From contig JACPQF010000008.1 of NCBI GenBank assembly GCA_016190625.1, positions 7,235 through 71,234 on the forward strand: DNA of 64,000 nucleotides. The letters are read 5' to 3'. Of the stretch, positions 1-10,268 are shown in pieces. Position 1 is the first letter of the stretch. Each line of letters starts with the position of its first letter. The DNA is from Chloroflexota bacterium (GTDB taxonomy: Bacteria > Chloroflexota > Dehalococcoidia > JACPQF01). A program made the translations under genes and the position numbers. The notes beneath the pieces are model-generated. The model saw nothing but the letters and a program-made list of their open reading frames with translations, was not told the DNA's origin and searched no databases.

Positions 1-1
1 C

Positions 2-856
<855 letters not shown>

Positions 857-915
857 GAGGACAGTCGGGCAATGAGGCCCGCCTGAGGCGGTCGAATTGC
901 CCCCTGTTAGAAGGT

Positions 916-1332
916 ATGGCCAACCTGAAGTTTGAGATCGTAACTGCCGAGCGGGTCGTATACTCCGAAGAAGTGAACATGGTTACCGCGCCTGGCGTCG
1001 AGGGAGAACTCGGCGTGCTGCCCCGCCACACGCCCCTGCTGACCACACTGCAGCCGGGAGAAGTGCGGGTGAAAAAGGAGGGAGGCGAGGAAGTTATCAT
1101 GTTTGTCAGCGGCGGCTTCTTAGAGGTAATGCCGGACAAAGTGGTTATCCTTGCCGATACGGCCGAGCGCGCCGAGGAGATCGACGTAGCCCGGGCTGAG
1201 GAGGCCCGAAGACGCGCCGAGACTAGAATCGCCGAAAGAGCCGAAACCATGGACGTTGCCCGTGCAGAAGCTGCCCTTCGTCGCTCGTTGATTCGCCTCA
1301 AAGTGGCCCAACGGCGAAGACGGGAGAGATAG
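916..1332 (+). CDS. atpC: ATP synthase F1 epsilon subunit
   Basis: 138 aa immediately downstream of atpD; beta-sandwich N-terminal region ([18 protein letters not shown]...[18 protein letters not shown]) plus Ala/Arg/Glu-rich helical C-terminus, typical of epsilon. Confidence 0.9.
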   Translation: MANLKFEIVTAERVVYSEEVNMVTAPGVEGELGVLPRHTPLLTTLQPGEVRVKKEGGEEVIMFVSGGFLEVMPDKVVILADTAERAEEIDVARAEEARRRAETRIAERAETMDVARAEAALRRSLIRLKVAQRRRRER

Positions 1333-1337
1333 CATCC

Positions 1338-2705
1338 ATGGTGGAGTCAGAACTTGATAGTGAAACGGGCGATCCTTCCAACGGAAGGACCATTGCTCCC
1401 TTGATCGAGCGAGAAGCACTTGCGCTCGCTGCCAGTTCCGAGTGCTTCGTCATCGACGGCGAACAGCGGCTCGAGGGAGAGGTTGAGATCAGCGGAGCCA
1501 AAAACGCCGCCTTGCCTGCCATGGCGGCGTCTTTGTTGACGGCGGACGAGTGCGTCGTCGATAACGTCCCCGATATCGAAGATGTTCACGTCATGGTCGA
1601 CGTGCTTCGTAGCCTCGGTGCGACTGCCGACCGCTTGAATGCTCACGGCTGGCGAATTTGTGCCGCCAAAGTGAACACCTTCGTCGCTCCCAGCCAGCTT
1701 GTCAAGCGGATGAGAGGCAGTTTTTTGGTCATGGGACCTCTTCTCTCGCGTTTTGGCGAGGCGGCTAGCTGCGCTCCCGGCGGGGACGTCATCGGCCAGC
1801 GTCCCATCGACGTCCATCTCGCGGGCTTCGCGGCCCTCGGAGCGCGCCTCTGGCAGGAGGGTGAGGATTATCACGCCGAGGCCAAGTCGCTGGTTGGCCG
1901 CAAGATCTTCATGGACTATCCCAGCCACATCGGCACGGAGAACCTGCTTATGGCTGCCGTCCTTGCCAAAGGGCGGACCACTCTTCTCAATGCCTCGTGC
2001 GAGCCCGAGGTTGTCGATCTGGCCAAGATGCTGAACGCCATGGGAGCGCGAATTCAGGGGGCTGGCACTAGCAGGGTGGAGATCGACGGAGTCTCCGAGC
2101 TTCATGGGGTCAGTCACCGGGTGATTCCCGACCGGCTGGAAGCAGGCACCTTCGCCATCGCCGCGGCGATTTCGCAGGGCGCAGTGACTGTGAAGAACGT
2201 CGTCTGCGGCCATCTGGAATCCCTCACTTGGAAGCTGGTCGAAACCGGCGCGCAGGCCCACGAAGGAAAGGACCGGCTTACCGTCGTCGGCAAGAGGCCG
2301 CTTCGGGGCGTGGCCATTCAGGCCCTTCCCTACCCCGGCTACGCCACCGACCTGCAGGCAGCGTTGGGAGTCCTCCTCACGCAGGCCGAAGGCAAGAGCA
2401 TGATCCATGAGCGGGTTTACGATAACCGGCTGCTTTACACGCACGAGCTGCGAAAGATGGGCGCCCAGATCGAGCTTATCATGCCCCAACTGGCCGTCAT
2501 TACCGGACCGACGACTTTGACTGGCACCACAGTCAGGTCTCTCGACATCAGGTCCGGGGCGGCGCTGGTTCTCGCCGCACTGGCTGCCCGGGACCAGACG
2601 ACCATTCTGGACATCTACCACCTCGATCGGGGATACGAGGGCTTCGACGCGAAGATGAAGAGCCTTGGAGCCAAGATCAGGCGCAGCCGAGTACCAGTCA
2701 GTTGA
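1338..2705 (+). CDS. murA: UDP-N-acetylglucosamine 1-carboxyvinyltransferase
   Basis: 455 aa with the EPT-family N-terminus (EISGAKNAALPAMAASLL) and full-length similarity to MurA; there is a ~35 aa N-terminal extension relative to typical MurA, so the true start may be downstream. Confidence 0.9.
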   Translation: MVESELDSETGDPSNGRTIAPLIEREALALAASSECFVIDGEQRLEGEVEISGAKNAALPAMAASLLTADECVVDNVPDIEDVHVMVDVLRSLGATADRLNAHGWRICAAKVNTFVAPSQLVKRMRGSFLVMGPLLSRFGEAASCAPGGDVIGQRPIDVHLAGFAALGARLWQEGEDYHAEAKSLVGRKIFMDYPSHIGTENLLMAAVLAKGRTTLLNASCEPEVVDLAKMLNAMGARIQGAGTSRVEIDGVSELHGVSHRVIPDRLEAGTFAIAAAISQGAVTVKNVVCGHLESLTWKLVETGAQAHEGKDRLTVVGKRPLRGVAIQALPYPGYATDLQAALGVLLTQAEGKSMIHERVYDNRLLYTHELRKMGAQIELIMPQLAVITGPTTLTGTTVRSLDIRSGAALVLAALAARDQTTILDIYHLDRGYEGFDAKMKSLGAKIRRSRVPVS

Positions 2706-2710
2706 CGGAC

Positions 2711-2738
2711 TTGACAAACGAGAAAAAACACTTATCAT
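2711..2738 (+). promoter_or_regulatory. sigma70-like promoter candidate (TTGACA-16 nt-TATCAT) in the murA-mreB spacer
   Basis: TTGACA at 2711-2716 and TATCAT at 2733-2738, read directly from the sequence. Confidence 0.35.
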
Positions 2739-2742
2739 GAAG

Positions 2743-2776
2743 GGCGCAGCCAGCTAAGGGCTGCGCCATCTTTCAC
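2743..2776 (+). terminator. GC-rich hairpin (9-bp stem GGCGCAGCC/GGCTGCGCC, 7-nt loop) followed by AUCUUUCA; terminator or attenuator between murA and mreB
   Basis: Perfect inverted repeat at 2743-2751 / 2759-2767 with a downstream T-rich run. Confidence 0.3.
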
Positions 2777-2826
2777 GCCTTGCAGCAGCCAGAGCGCTGC
2801 ACTCCCAAGCCACGATTGGAGGACCA

Positions 2827-3867
2827 ATGTTTACAAAGCGCGTCGGAATCGACCTGGGGACGGCCAACGTCCTCGTCTACGTAAAGGGCAAGGGCATCGT
2901 GCTCAACGAGCCATCCGTGGTGGCACTGGCTACCAACGAAAACCGGATCCTTTCCTTTGGTAACGATGCTCGTAGCATGCTGGGACGGACCCCGGGCAGC
3001 ATCTCCGTCATCCGCCCGATGCGAGACGGGGTGATAGCCGACTACATGATCACGGAGGCCATGCTCCGCCACTACATCGGGCGCGTCTGCGGCGGGCTGC
3101 GTCTGTCCAAACCCGAGGTCATGATCTGCATTCCGGCGGGCGTGACGAGCGTCGAGCAGAGGGCGGTGCGAGATGCCGCAGAACAGGCGGGAGCCAAGCG
3201 TCCAGCCTACTTGATTCCCGAGCCGCTGGCCGCCGCCATCGGCGCCAAGATTCCCATCGCCTCCCCGACCGGCAACATGGTCGTGGATATCGGCGGCGGG
3301 ACTACCGAGGCCGCCGTCATCTCCATGTACGGGATTGTCGTGAGCCAGTCCGTTAGGGTGGCCGGCAACCGCATCGACGAGGCAATCGTGGCGCACGTGC
3401 GGCGCAAGCACAATCTCATGATCGGGGACCGCACGGCAGAGGAGATTAAGATCGAGATCGGCAGCGCTTTGCCCCTGCCGAAGGAGGTAACCGCCGAGGT
3501 CAGAGGACGGGACCAGGTGAGCGGCCTGCCGAAGACCATCACCGTAACCTCGACGGAGGTGGCCCATGCCATTGCCGAGCCTCTCGCCGCCATCGTCGCC
3601 TCCGTGCGCTCGGTTCTGGAACAGACCCCTCCGGAGCTGGCCTCCGACGTGATAGACCGGGGCATGGTGCTTACGGGAGGAGGAGCCTTGCTGCGCAATC
3701 TCGACCGGCTGTTAACTCAGGAGACCGGCGTGCCGAGCCACGTCGCCGACCAGCCCATGAATTGCGTCGCCATCGGCGCCGGCCTCGCCCTCGAGCACCT
3801 GGAGATGATCAAACGCAATCTTCCCACCGACGAGCAGCCGCTGACCTCCGCCTGGGCATCGCAATAG
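2827..3867 (+). CDS. mreB: rod shape-determining protein MreB (actin homologue)
   Basis: 346 aa beginning [33 protein letters not shown] with a full-length actin/Hsp70-fold MreB signature; GGAGGA RBS upstream of the ATG. Confidence 0.93.
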   Translation: MFTKRVGIDLGTANVLVYVKGKGIVLNEPSVVALATNENRILSFGNDARSMLGRTPGSISVIRPMRDGVIADYMITEAMLRHYIGRVCGGLRLSKPEVMICIPAGVTSVEQRAVRDAAEQAGAKRPAYLIPEPLAAAIGAKIPIASPTGNMVVDIGGGTTEAAVISMYGIVVSQSVRVAGNRIDEAIVAHVRRKHNLMIGDRTAEEIKIEIGSALPLPKEVTAEVRGRDQVSGLPKTITVTSTEVAHAIAEPLAAIVASVRSVLEQTPPELASDVIDRGMVLTGGGALLRNLDRLLTQETGVPSHVADQPMNCVAIGAGLALEHLEMIKRNLPTDEQPLTSAWASQ

Positions 3868-3870
3868 GTC

Positions 3871-3886
3871 ATCTCCTCGGGGAGAT
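3871..3886 (+). terminator. small hairpin ATCTCC-TCGG-GGAGAT starting 4 nt after the mreB stop
   Basis: Perfect 6-bp palindrome with a tetraloop, lying between the convergent mreB and rex genes. Confidence 0.3.
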
Positions 3887-3896
3887 CGCGCTATGC

Positions 3897-3934
3897 GTAG
3901 GGGCGAACCCGCCGTCGTATGGATTCGCCCCTAC
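3897..3934. repeat. REP-like palindromic element, family A (GTAGGGGCGAA...TTCGCCCCTAC)
   Basis: 38-bp inverted repeat GTAGGGGCGAACCC...GGATTCGCCCCTAC. Related copies occur at 23643-23680, as the MITE termini at 27840/28041, and as half-sites at ~4713-4745 and ~35650. Confidence 0.6.
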
Positions 3935-4002
3935 GATGTGGTCCCACCCGCACATGTTCAGGAAAACCAACTTCGGCCTGCGCAGGCGATCTATCAACCG
4001 TT

Positions 4003-4695
4003 CTACGGCTCACCGCTCTCGGCGGCCTCCTTCGCTCCAGCGGAGGACTTGAGGTAGTAGGTCAGGCTCTGGAGGGCAACGACCGGATCGATGTGCCGCA
4101 CCTTCACGCCGGCGGGGACTCTTACGGCAATAGGCGCGTAGTTCAGGATGGCGGCGACCCCACAGGACGCCAGCACCTCGATGGTCTTTTGCCCGTGAGA
4201 GCCGGGGACGGCGACGATCGCTATTCTTATGTTCTTCTCGGCAATGGTCTGTTCAAGCTCGCCAACGTGCTGAATCCTCAAGCCGCCTATGAGCTCGCCG
4301 ACCTTGTTGGGATCCACGTCAAAGGCTGCCGCGAGCTTGAAGCCCTGGGTTTCGAAATCCTCGTAAGTGGCAATCGCCCGGCCGAGCTTGCCAACCCCAA
4401 TGAGCGCCATGGGCCATTCCCGGTCCAGCCCCAGGATGCGGCGAATCTCGCCCAGCAGCGATTGGACATTGTAGCCGCTTCCCTGCTTCCCAAACTCGCC
4501 GAAATAACTTAGGTCTTTGCGAATCTGCGCTGGCGTCACTCCCAATCGTCTTCCTAGGTCGAGAGAGCTTATAACCGCGACGTTCTCCTCCTCGAGAAAG
4601 GCGAGCGCCCGCGCGTAGATCGGCAGTCTTCTGATTACGACCTCCGGAATCTCCCAGGCACTGTTGTCCACTTCCTCCTCCTCCTTCATGACCAA
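4003..4695 (-). CDS. rex: redox-sensing transcriptional repressor Rex
   Basis: 230 aa with a winged-helix N-terminus (RRLPIYARALAFLEEENVAVISSLDLGRRLGVTPAQIRKDLSYFGEFGKQGSGYNV) and a Rossmann NADH-sensing domain (ALIGVGKLGRAIA). Confidence 0.9.
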   Translation of the reverse strand: MVMKEEEEVDNSAWEIPEVVIRRLPIYARALAFLEEENVAVISSLDLGRRLGVTPAQIRKDLSYFGEFGKQGSGYNVQSLLGEIRRILGLDREWPMALIGVGKLGRAIATYEDFETQGFKLAAAFDVDPNKVGELIGGLRIQHVGELEQTIAEKNIRIAIVAVPGSHGQKTIEVLASCGVAAILNYAPIAVRVPAGVKVRHIDPVVALQSLTYYLKSSAGAKEAAESGEP

Positions 4696-4930
4696 CCTGT
4701 AAAGCGAATCCTTCGGCGGAAAGATTCGCCCCTACGCTCGCCCCTAGAAATGCAGCCGAAAACTGGCAATATGCAGAGACCCGCGAATTCTGTCCCCACT
4801 AGGAGGTCTGAATTGTTTGCCAGACCTGCTGTTGCCCCCCTCATAGTGCCAAAAAGCGGATGCGATTCCCCACCGCTTGTTCTAAAGGGGCTTGTCGGCT
4901 GCGCGTCTAGGCCTGACAGTGACCATTCCA

Positions 4931-5671
4931 TCACTTGCCCGCCTGGACCCAATGACACACTCTTTTCTCCAACTGATCCAGAAGCACATAGATCGTGAAG
5001 CCGATGGCGCTCATCGCCACCACGGCGCTGTACATCATGGGATAATCGAAGACCTGCCAGGTATCCATGATGTAAAAACCCAATCCTGAGCGGGTGGCGA
5101 AGGACTCGGCCAGGTAGAGCACCGCCACCGCCGTACCGGTGCCAACCCGCAGAGCGGTTAACGTCGCCGGCAGGCAGGCTGGAATATAGACGAACCGTAG
5201 GATCTGCCATTTGCTGGCGCCGAGAGACCTGACCGAATACAGCAGCTCAGGCCTGACGGAATGCGAAGCGTCCCTCACCACCACCAATATCTGGAAGAAC
5301 AGGATCAAGGCGATCAAACATACTTTGCTTACGTCGCCAATGCCCAAAAGCATCACCATCACGGGCAGGAGAACGATCTTGGGCACGGGATAGGTAATGT
5401 AGATCAGCGGCGCGATTAAGCTGTCCAGACGCCGGCTCTGGCCGAGGATCAGCCCCAGCGGCACCGCCGACCCCACTGCCAATATCATGCCGGCGACTAG
5501 CCGCCAACCACTGACTATGATATGGATGCCCAGCGGCCCCCTCAGCCCACCAGCAAAGGCCGCCAACACCACCGCCGGGTCGGGAAGCACGCTGGACCGG
5601 AGAGCCAGGGCCAGAGCCTGCCAGGCAACAAGAAGGACGACCACCGCCAAAAGAACTGATCGTTTGCTCAA
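4931..5671 (-). CDS. ABC transporter permease, NitT/TauT (nitrate/sulfonate/bicarbonate) family
   Basis: 246 aa, six predicted TM segments and a BPD_transp_1-type EAA-like loop; 4-bp overlap with the upstream ATPase gene. Confidence 0.8.
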   Translation of the reverse strand: MSKRSVLLAVVVLLVAWQALALALRSSVLPDPAVVLAAFAGGLRGPLGIHIIVSGWRLVAGMILAVGSAVPLGLILGQSRRLDSLIAPLIYITYPVPKIVLLPVMVMLLGIGDVSKVCLIALILFFQILVVVRDASHSVRPELLYSVRSLGASKWQILRFVYIPACLPATLTALRVGTGTAVAVLYLAESFATRSGLGFYIMDTWQVFDYPMMYSAVVAMSAIGFTIYVLLDQLEKRVCHWVQAGK

Positions 5672-6408
5672 GTTCCGGACTCCCCCACCCTGCGCCTGAC
5701 TTCTTCACAGTTCCGATGAAAAGCCTCTTTTCCCCTGTAGTCGAGAGAGCGAGCTAGCGGATTCTCCAGCAAGTATGCCTTATCGATCGGCGGCTGGCCC
5801 ATAACAAGGATGCGTTTGCCGAGGAACACCGCCTCCTCGATATTGTGAGTCACGAGAACCGTCGTCAGGTCAGCATCATGGCTGAGGGCAACGACCAGAT
5901 TCTGGAGGCTCTCCCGTGTCAGGGCATCCAGCGAGCTAAAGGGCTCGTCCATTAGCAGAACGTGAGGGTCGAGGGCAAGGGTCCGGGCGATAGCCACGCG
6001 CTGCCTCTGCCCACCGCTCAGTTGGGCTGGGTAATGGCCACCGTGCGAGGCCAGACCAAGATCCTCGAGCCATCGCCGAGCCACCGCTCTCCTGACCTTG
6101 CCTCCCATCTGCCGCAGTTCGAGGCCCAATTCGACGTTCCCCAGAGCCGTCGCCCAAGGCAGCAAGCCGTAATCCTGGAGAATCAGTCCAATTGTCGGCC
6201 TCGGCTTCTCTAGAGGCTGGCCATCGACGACTATCCGGCCCGCCACGGGTCGGCGCAACCCGGCGAGAAGATAAAGCAGGGTTGTCTTGCCACAGCCGGA
6301 CGGCCCTATGATCGCCCAGTGTTCGCCCCGCTCGACTCGCCAGCCGAAACTCTGGAAGACTAGCGGGTGGTTTGGATAGGCAAACGACAGATCGTGAACC
6401 TCGATCAA
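5668..6408 (-). CDS. ABC transporter ATP-binding protein, NitT/TauT family
   Basis: Walker A GPSGCGKTT, ABC signature LSGGQRQRVAIARTLA and Walker B LLMDEPFSSLD. Confidence 0.85.
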   Translation of the reverse strand: MIEVHDLSFAYPNHPLVFQSFGWRVERGEHWAIIGPSGCGKTTLLYLLAGLRRPVAGRIVVDGQPLEKPRPTIGLILQDYGLLPWATALGNVELGLELRQMGGKVRRAVARRWLEDLGLASHGGHYPAQLSGGQRQRVAIARTLALDPHVLLMDEPFSSLDALTRESLQNLVVALSHDADLTTVLVTHNIEEAVFLGKRILVMGQPPIDKAYLLENPLARSLDYRGKEAFHRNCEEVRRRVGESGT

Positions 6409-6436
6409 TTAGGTGAAACTTCCAGTGACTAGTTCT

Positions 6437-7051
6437 TCAGTCGCCACTGCGGCGGTAACGATAGCTATTCTCCAGTCCGGTCGCGATCCCCAACGCGCCC
6501 AGAGCGCGACTGGCGATGTGCTCTACGACGTCGTCCACCGTCTTTGGCTCGGCGTAGAAAGCGGGAACTGGCAGCACGATTCTAACACCTGCCCTCGCCA
6601 GCGTCAACATGTTGGTCAAGTGTATTACGGACAGGGGAGACTCACGCGGAACGATGACGAGCGGTCTGGCCTCTTTGATCGTGACGTCGGCGGCCCGCTG
6701 AAGCAGATTTACCGATAGTCCGTGAGCGATCGCCGCCGCCGTGCCCATACTGCAGGGCACCACCACCATCCCTTTCGTTTCCGTCGTCCCGCTGGCTACC
6801 GGCGCTCCGACATCTCTTATGTCAACCATCATCACGCCCGCCGAAGACGCCCACGCGTCTATCGCGCCACCCATCTCGTGCTTCCACACCTCCGCCCCCG
6901 CATCGGTGCATACTAGGATAGGTCGCTCCCCCGCGTCGATCAATAGCTCGACGCTCCGCTTCGCCAGCACAGACCCGCTGGCGCCAGTTACCCCGACTAT
7001 GACAGGCTTCGGTTCTCCGGTCAAAACGTCCTCCCTGATTGCTCTCAGCAA
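6437..7051 (-). CDS. ubiX: flavin prenyltransferase UbiX family (flavoprotein)
   Basis: 204 aa; IVGVTGASGSVLAKRSVELL...VVVPCSMGTAAAIAHGLSVNLLQRAADVTIKEARPLVIVPRESPL matches UbiX/Pad1 along its length. Confidence 0.85.
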   Translation of the reverse strand: MLRAIREDVLTGEPKPVIVGVTGASGSVLAKRSVELLIDAGERPILVCTDAGAEVWKHEMGGAIDAWASSAGVMMVDIRDVGAPVASGTTETKGMVVVPCSMGTAAAIAHGLSVNLLQRAADVTIKEARPLVIVPRESPLSVIHLTNMLTLARAGVRIVLPVPAFYAEPKTVDDVVEHIASRALGALGIATGLENSYRYRRSGD

Positions 7052-7150
7052 TCAGCCATCAGCTTTCAGCTTCGGGTCAGGGGAAACACAACGGCACGAA
7101 TGCCAGCAAAATGTGTATTCCCTTCCTTCACCATGTCCTTCTCGGAAGGG

Positions 7151-7177
7151 CTGATGGTCCTTCTTGGAAGGACTGAG
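7151..7177. repeat. REP-like hairpin, family B (CTGATGGTCCTTC-N-GGAAGGACTGA)
   Basis: Palindrome CTGATGGTCCTTCTTGGAAGGACTGAG in the ubiX / next-gene divergent spacer. A second palindrome, CTGATTGCTCTCAGCAATCAG, lies just upstream at ~7047-7067. Confidence 0.5.
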
Positions 7178-7241
7178 CGCTGACAGTTACCCATTTTACA
7201 CGCGGCGAGGGCGCAGCACAAGGATGGGACCAATATAGGGG

Positions 7242-8525
7242 TTGACTACGCCTCATCTGGGCAGCTATAATCGACGCCGCTGGCTCTCGATGCAGCCGGA
7301 GGACGGGCAAATGGCAACAAGACCGAGACGCATTTCAATCTTACGACCAGTGGCGATCACCGTATTGGCGCTCGCCCTCGCCCTGATTCTCGAACGCCTC
7401 TCCTTCCCGTCGATCCCATTCTCCCTCTCGGCGGGGAACTCCGAGTTCAAGGCGGTCTACAGCGAGCTAAAAGGCTCTGAGAGCACGCTTTGGGCGGCAG
7501 ACCCGACCGAACCTCTGGGCCGTCGAAAAGCCATTCTGACCGTCAGCCACGCCTCCGGGTACGGCGTGCTCGCCAGCCTATCCCCTGACGGCGCCGGTCT
7601 AGCTTACGGGCTACTTCCAGAGGGACGGCGAGACGCTTTCTCCGACGGTCAGTTGTGGGTCGCTTCGGCCGACGGTCGTGGATCACGACTGATTGCCGGC
7701 AAGATGGACCTTCACTTCCCTCCCCTCTGGAGTCCCGATAGCAAGAGCCTTCTGTTCAAGACCATCGAGGTCGCGCCAGGCGGAAACCCGGACACTCGCC
7801 CTGTGTCCGACGGTGGGAAGCCCGACCAAAGGCCATACGATCTCAACTTCAGGAGCAGTCTCGTGGTTGTCTCGCCTGATGGCCCGGCAAGAGTGCGAGC
7901 CATCGTTTCATCGTCGGATCCGAATCTCTACCCCATCGGTTGGTCGACTGATGGCAAGAGCACGTATTACTACACGGTCGAGGCCGACGGCTCGCAGGCT
8001 CACCTCGTCGACGTCGCTACTGCCGAGACGAGAAGGCTCGGACTGCTGTCCGGCGGGCCAGTTTGGAGTGTAAAGCTTTCTCCCGACCGGCGCCGGCTTC
8101 TTTTCCTTGCGGTACAAGCAAGCGACTCGGCAACACGTGGCACCGTCTGGGTATTCGACCAAGATACGGGGCATTCCTTTCAGGTCGGGGCCACGCAACC
8201 GGGACCGCTTGGCGCCATCTGGCATCCTTCCGGCGACCAGGTCACCAGTAACACAAGCCAAGGACCTTCTCGGCCTGGCCAAACGCTTCTTAACACGAAC
8301 ATGGCGAGCGGCGCAACTCAGACTTTCGGCGAGAACGGCGAAGGAACAATTGCCGTTCCTCTTTCTTGGTCACCAGATTCCAACTTCCTCGCCGTCCGGC
8401 GACGGTCCACGGCAACGAATGACCCGCCGGATGTCCTCGCCGTTCTCGACACGAGGTCGGGCCAACTGAAAGAGATCAAGGGCGGATATGCAGAATTCGT
8501 GGGGTGGACGACTTCTTCAAGATGA
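7242..8525 (+). CDS. membrane-anchored or secreted protein with TolB/WD40-like beta-propeller repeats
   Basis: Hydrophobic N-terminal segment (ISILRPVAITVLALALALIL), then repeated WSPDG/WSTDG/WSPDS blades typical of TolB-like propellers; the start is uncertain. Confidence 0.5.
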   Translation: MTTPHLGSYNRRRWLSMQPEDGQMATRPRRISILRPVAITVLALALALILERLSFPSIPFSLSAGNSEFKAVYSELKGSESTLWAADPTEPLGRRKAILTVSHASGYGVLASLSPDGAGLAYGLLPEGRRDAFSDGQLWVASADGRGSRLIAGKMDLHFPPLWSPDSKSLLFKTIEVAPGGNPDTRPVSDGGKPDQRPYDLNFRSSLVVVSPDGPARVRAIVSSSDPNLYPIGWSTDGKSTYYYTVEADGSQAHLVDVATAETRRLGLLSGGPVWSVKLSPDRRRLLFLAVQASDSATRGTVWVFDQDTGHSFQVGATQPGPLGAIWHPSGDQVTSNTSQGPSRPGQTLLNTNMASGATQTFGENGEGTIAVPLSWSPDSNFLAVRRRSTATNDPPDVLAVLDTRSGQLKEIKGGYAEFVGWTTSSR

Positions 8526-9789
8526 AAAGTGGCGCCGGAAAGCAATTCGACTGGCCGTCGACCTCGTCTCGCTGGCCCTCCTGACCCTGCTCTTCCGGTC
8601 GGCACTGGCCCTGGCCATCGGTGGAGATTCGGGTTGCGCCAATACTGGCGTACAAGATGCTTACCAACCGCGGGTTATGGAGCTTTCCAACGCGCTCGCT
8701 TCTGCAGCGAGTGGCAACCTGGGCACCAACTACGAGCCCATCGGCAGTCTCTGGTCGGGCTATCCGAATCAGAGTCTGGTACCCGCTTCGATTCCCTGCA
8801 CCATACTGAAATCGATCGCTTACATCGAAAGCGGCTGGCGCCAAGCAAGTACAGCACCGCGAGGTTCGTCTGGTGAGCCTCTGGTTTCATACAGTTGTGG
8901 GTACGGCGTCATGCAGATAACCTCGCCCATGACGGCTCCCGGACCGGGCAGTGGATTGCTCGATCCTGCCAGGCAACAACGCGTTGCCCGTGAATACACG
9001 TTCAACGTTAGCTACGGCGCCAAGATGCTTGTCGACAAATGGAATTGGACACCAGTCATCGGCGGCAACAATCCCGCCATCCTCGAGAATTGGTATTATG
9101 CCGTCTGGGCCTACAACGGATGGACGTGGAAAAACAATCCGAATAACCCATCCTACGATCCATTCCGTCCGCAATACAATGGCAGCCCGGGACAGAGCTA
9201 TCTGCAATATCCTTATCAAGAGTTGGTCTGGGGCCGGGCGGCCAATCCACCGACCATCGACGGGATTGTCGCATGGACGCGGGCAGACATCACTCTACCA
9301 CCGAGCAACCAGATAACGAACCCACCTGGTCAAATCGCAGACCCACAGCTTACGCATACCGAGACCTGCTCGAGCACGCCACCGCCGACGCTCACCCCTA
9401 CACCAACTCGTACAGCCACGCCCACCTACACGCCCACGCCGACGGCTATGCCCCTGCCGCTGCTGCAGGCCTCCACCAATTACATCGGCTTCCTTGCCGA
9501 ACCCGGGCAGACCCCAGGGCCGCAGACTCTCACCCTAACCGGCAACCGATCCAGCATCGTTTGGTCTGTTCAATCGCCCCCTCCTTGGATTACCGCCGTT
9601 CCCACCGGTGGAGAAAGCCTGCCTGCCAGCGTGAGGATCTCGGCCGGCCCTTGGAGCACCCCAGATTCCCGTTCGGGGTCGATCCGCATCCAGAATGCGC
9701 ACAACCCGAGCCAGAACAACCTGCTGGTGAGCATCTACCAATATCTAGGCTCCCTCAGCAAGCTGCGCTTTCCGCTGGTGTACAGGTAG
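8488..9789 (+). CDS. secreted lytic-transglycosylase (SLT/lysozyme-like) domain protein with a Pro/Thr linker and a C-terminal beta-sandwich domain
   Basis: Signal/TM region (LAVDLVSLALLTLLFRSALALAIG). SLT-like motifs: ILKSIAYIESGW (catalytic E-S), GYGVMQIT, NVSYGAKML, AYNGW. PT-rich linker TPTPTRTATPTYTPTPTA. Ends with the tail LSKLRFPLVYR; the start overlaps the previous ORF and is uncertain. Confidence 0.55.
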   Translation: MQNSWGGRLLQDEKWRRKAIRLAVDLVSLALLTLLFRSALALAIGGDSGCANTGVQDAYQPRVMELSNALASAASGNLGTNYEPIGSLWSGYPNQSLVPASIPCTILKSIAYIESGWRQASTAPRGSSGEPLVSYSCGYGVMQITSPMTAPGPGSGLLDPARQQRVAREYTFNVSYGAKMLVDKWNWTPVIGGNNPAILENWYYAVWAYNGWTWKNNPNNPSYDPFRPQYNGSPGQSYLQYPYQELVWGRAANPPTIDGIVAWTRADITLPPSNQITNPPGQIADPQLTHTETCSSTPPPTLTPTPTRTATPTYTPTPTAMPLPLLQASTNYIGFLAEPGQTPGPQTLTLTGNRSSIVWSVQSPPPWITAVPTGGESLPASVRISAGPWSTPDSRSGSIRIQNAHNPSQNNLLVSIYQYLGSLSKLRFPLVYR

Positions 9790-9879
9790 CGGAGGGCTTG
9801 GGGTTTCGCGGCCTAGCATCCGGCCTGAGGGGCGTGCTGTCACCCGATTGGAGAACGGATTGTACGGAAAGAGCTAGTA

Positions 9880-9917
9880 TCCGTTCAATCCGATCCCGAA
9901 TCCGTTGACAGCAGACC
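9880..9917 (+). promoter_or_regulatory. conserved 38-bp element (TCCGTTCAATCCGATCCCGAATCCGTTGACAGCAGACC) upstream of hicBA; second copy at 31336-31373
   Basis: 34/38 nt identical to the copy upstream of vapBC. Contains an embedded TTGACA; further TTGACA hexamers and an AAGAATC direct repeat follow before hicB. Confidence 0.5.
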
Positions 9918-10052
9918 TGCGTGGGGCAGGCGCCGTGAAATCTTGATGCCCATCTTGACAGAGCCAATCCTTGACAACGGTAGCTCACGCCGATTATCCT
10001 AAGAATCGTAAGAATCTCGCGGTTCCTGGCGCGCAGAAGGGGGGCCTGGACT

Positions 10053-10268
10053 ATGCATAATGAGTTTACCGCCATCCTTGAGCGCGATGGCGAGTGGTTC
10101 GTCGCCTATTGTCCCGAGATTCCTGGGGCAAACGGACAAGGTCACACGAAGAAAGAGGCTCTGGACAACTTGGCCGATGCAATCGAGCTCATATTGGAAG
10201 ACCGGCGCGAAGATGGTCTGAGGGGTGCGCCGGAAGGTGCTATTCGAGAAATCGTGACCATTGGATGA
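10053..10268 (+). CDS. hicB: HicB-family antitoxin (UPF0150, RNase H-like fold)
   Basis: 71 aa MHNEFTAILERDGEWFVAYCPEIPGANGQGHTKKEALDNLADAIELILEDRRE is a typical short HicB; its stop TGA overlaps the hicA ATG (ATGA). Confidence 0.85.
   Translation: MHNEFTAILERDGEWFVAYCPEIPGANGQGHTKKEALDNLADAIELILEDRREDGLRGAPEGAIREIVTIG

Noticed and set aside
1347-2738. Very long antisense ORFs (463 aa opposite murA, 298 aa opposite the MgtE-N gene at 11873-12769, 440-aa-class ORFs elsewhere)
   Set aside because: Typical stop-codon-poor antisense frames of a ~63% GC genome. The translations are low-complexity Arg/Gly/Ser-rich with no motifs, while the sense-strand genes have clear homology.
4696-4930. Searched the rex upstream region for a Rex operator (TTGTGAA-N6-TTCACAA)
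   Set aside because: No such palindrome is present. Only a family A REP half-site (GCGAATCCTTCGGCGGAAAGATTCGC) is found, so no Rex box is reported.
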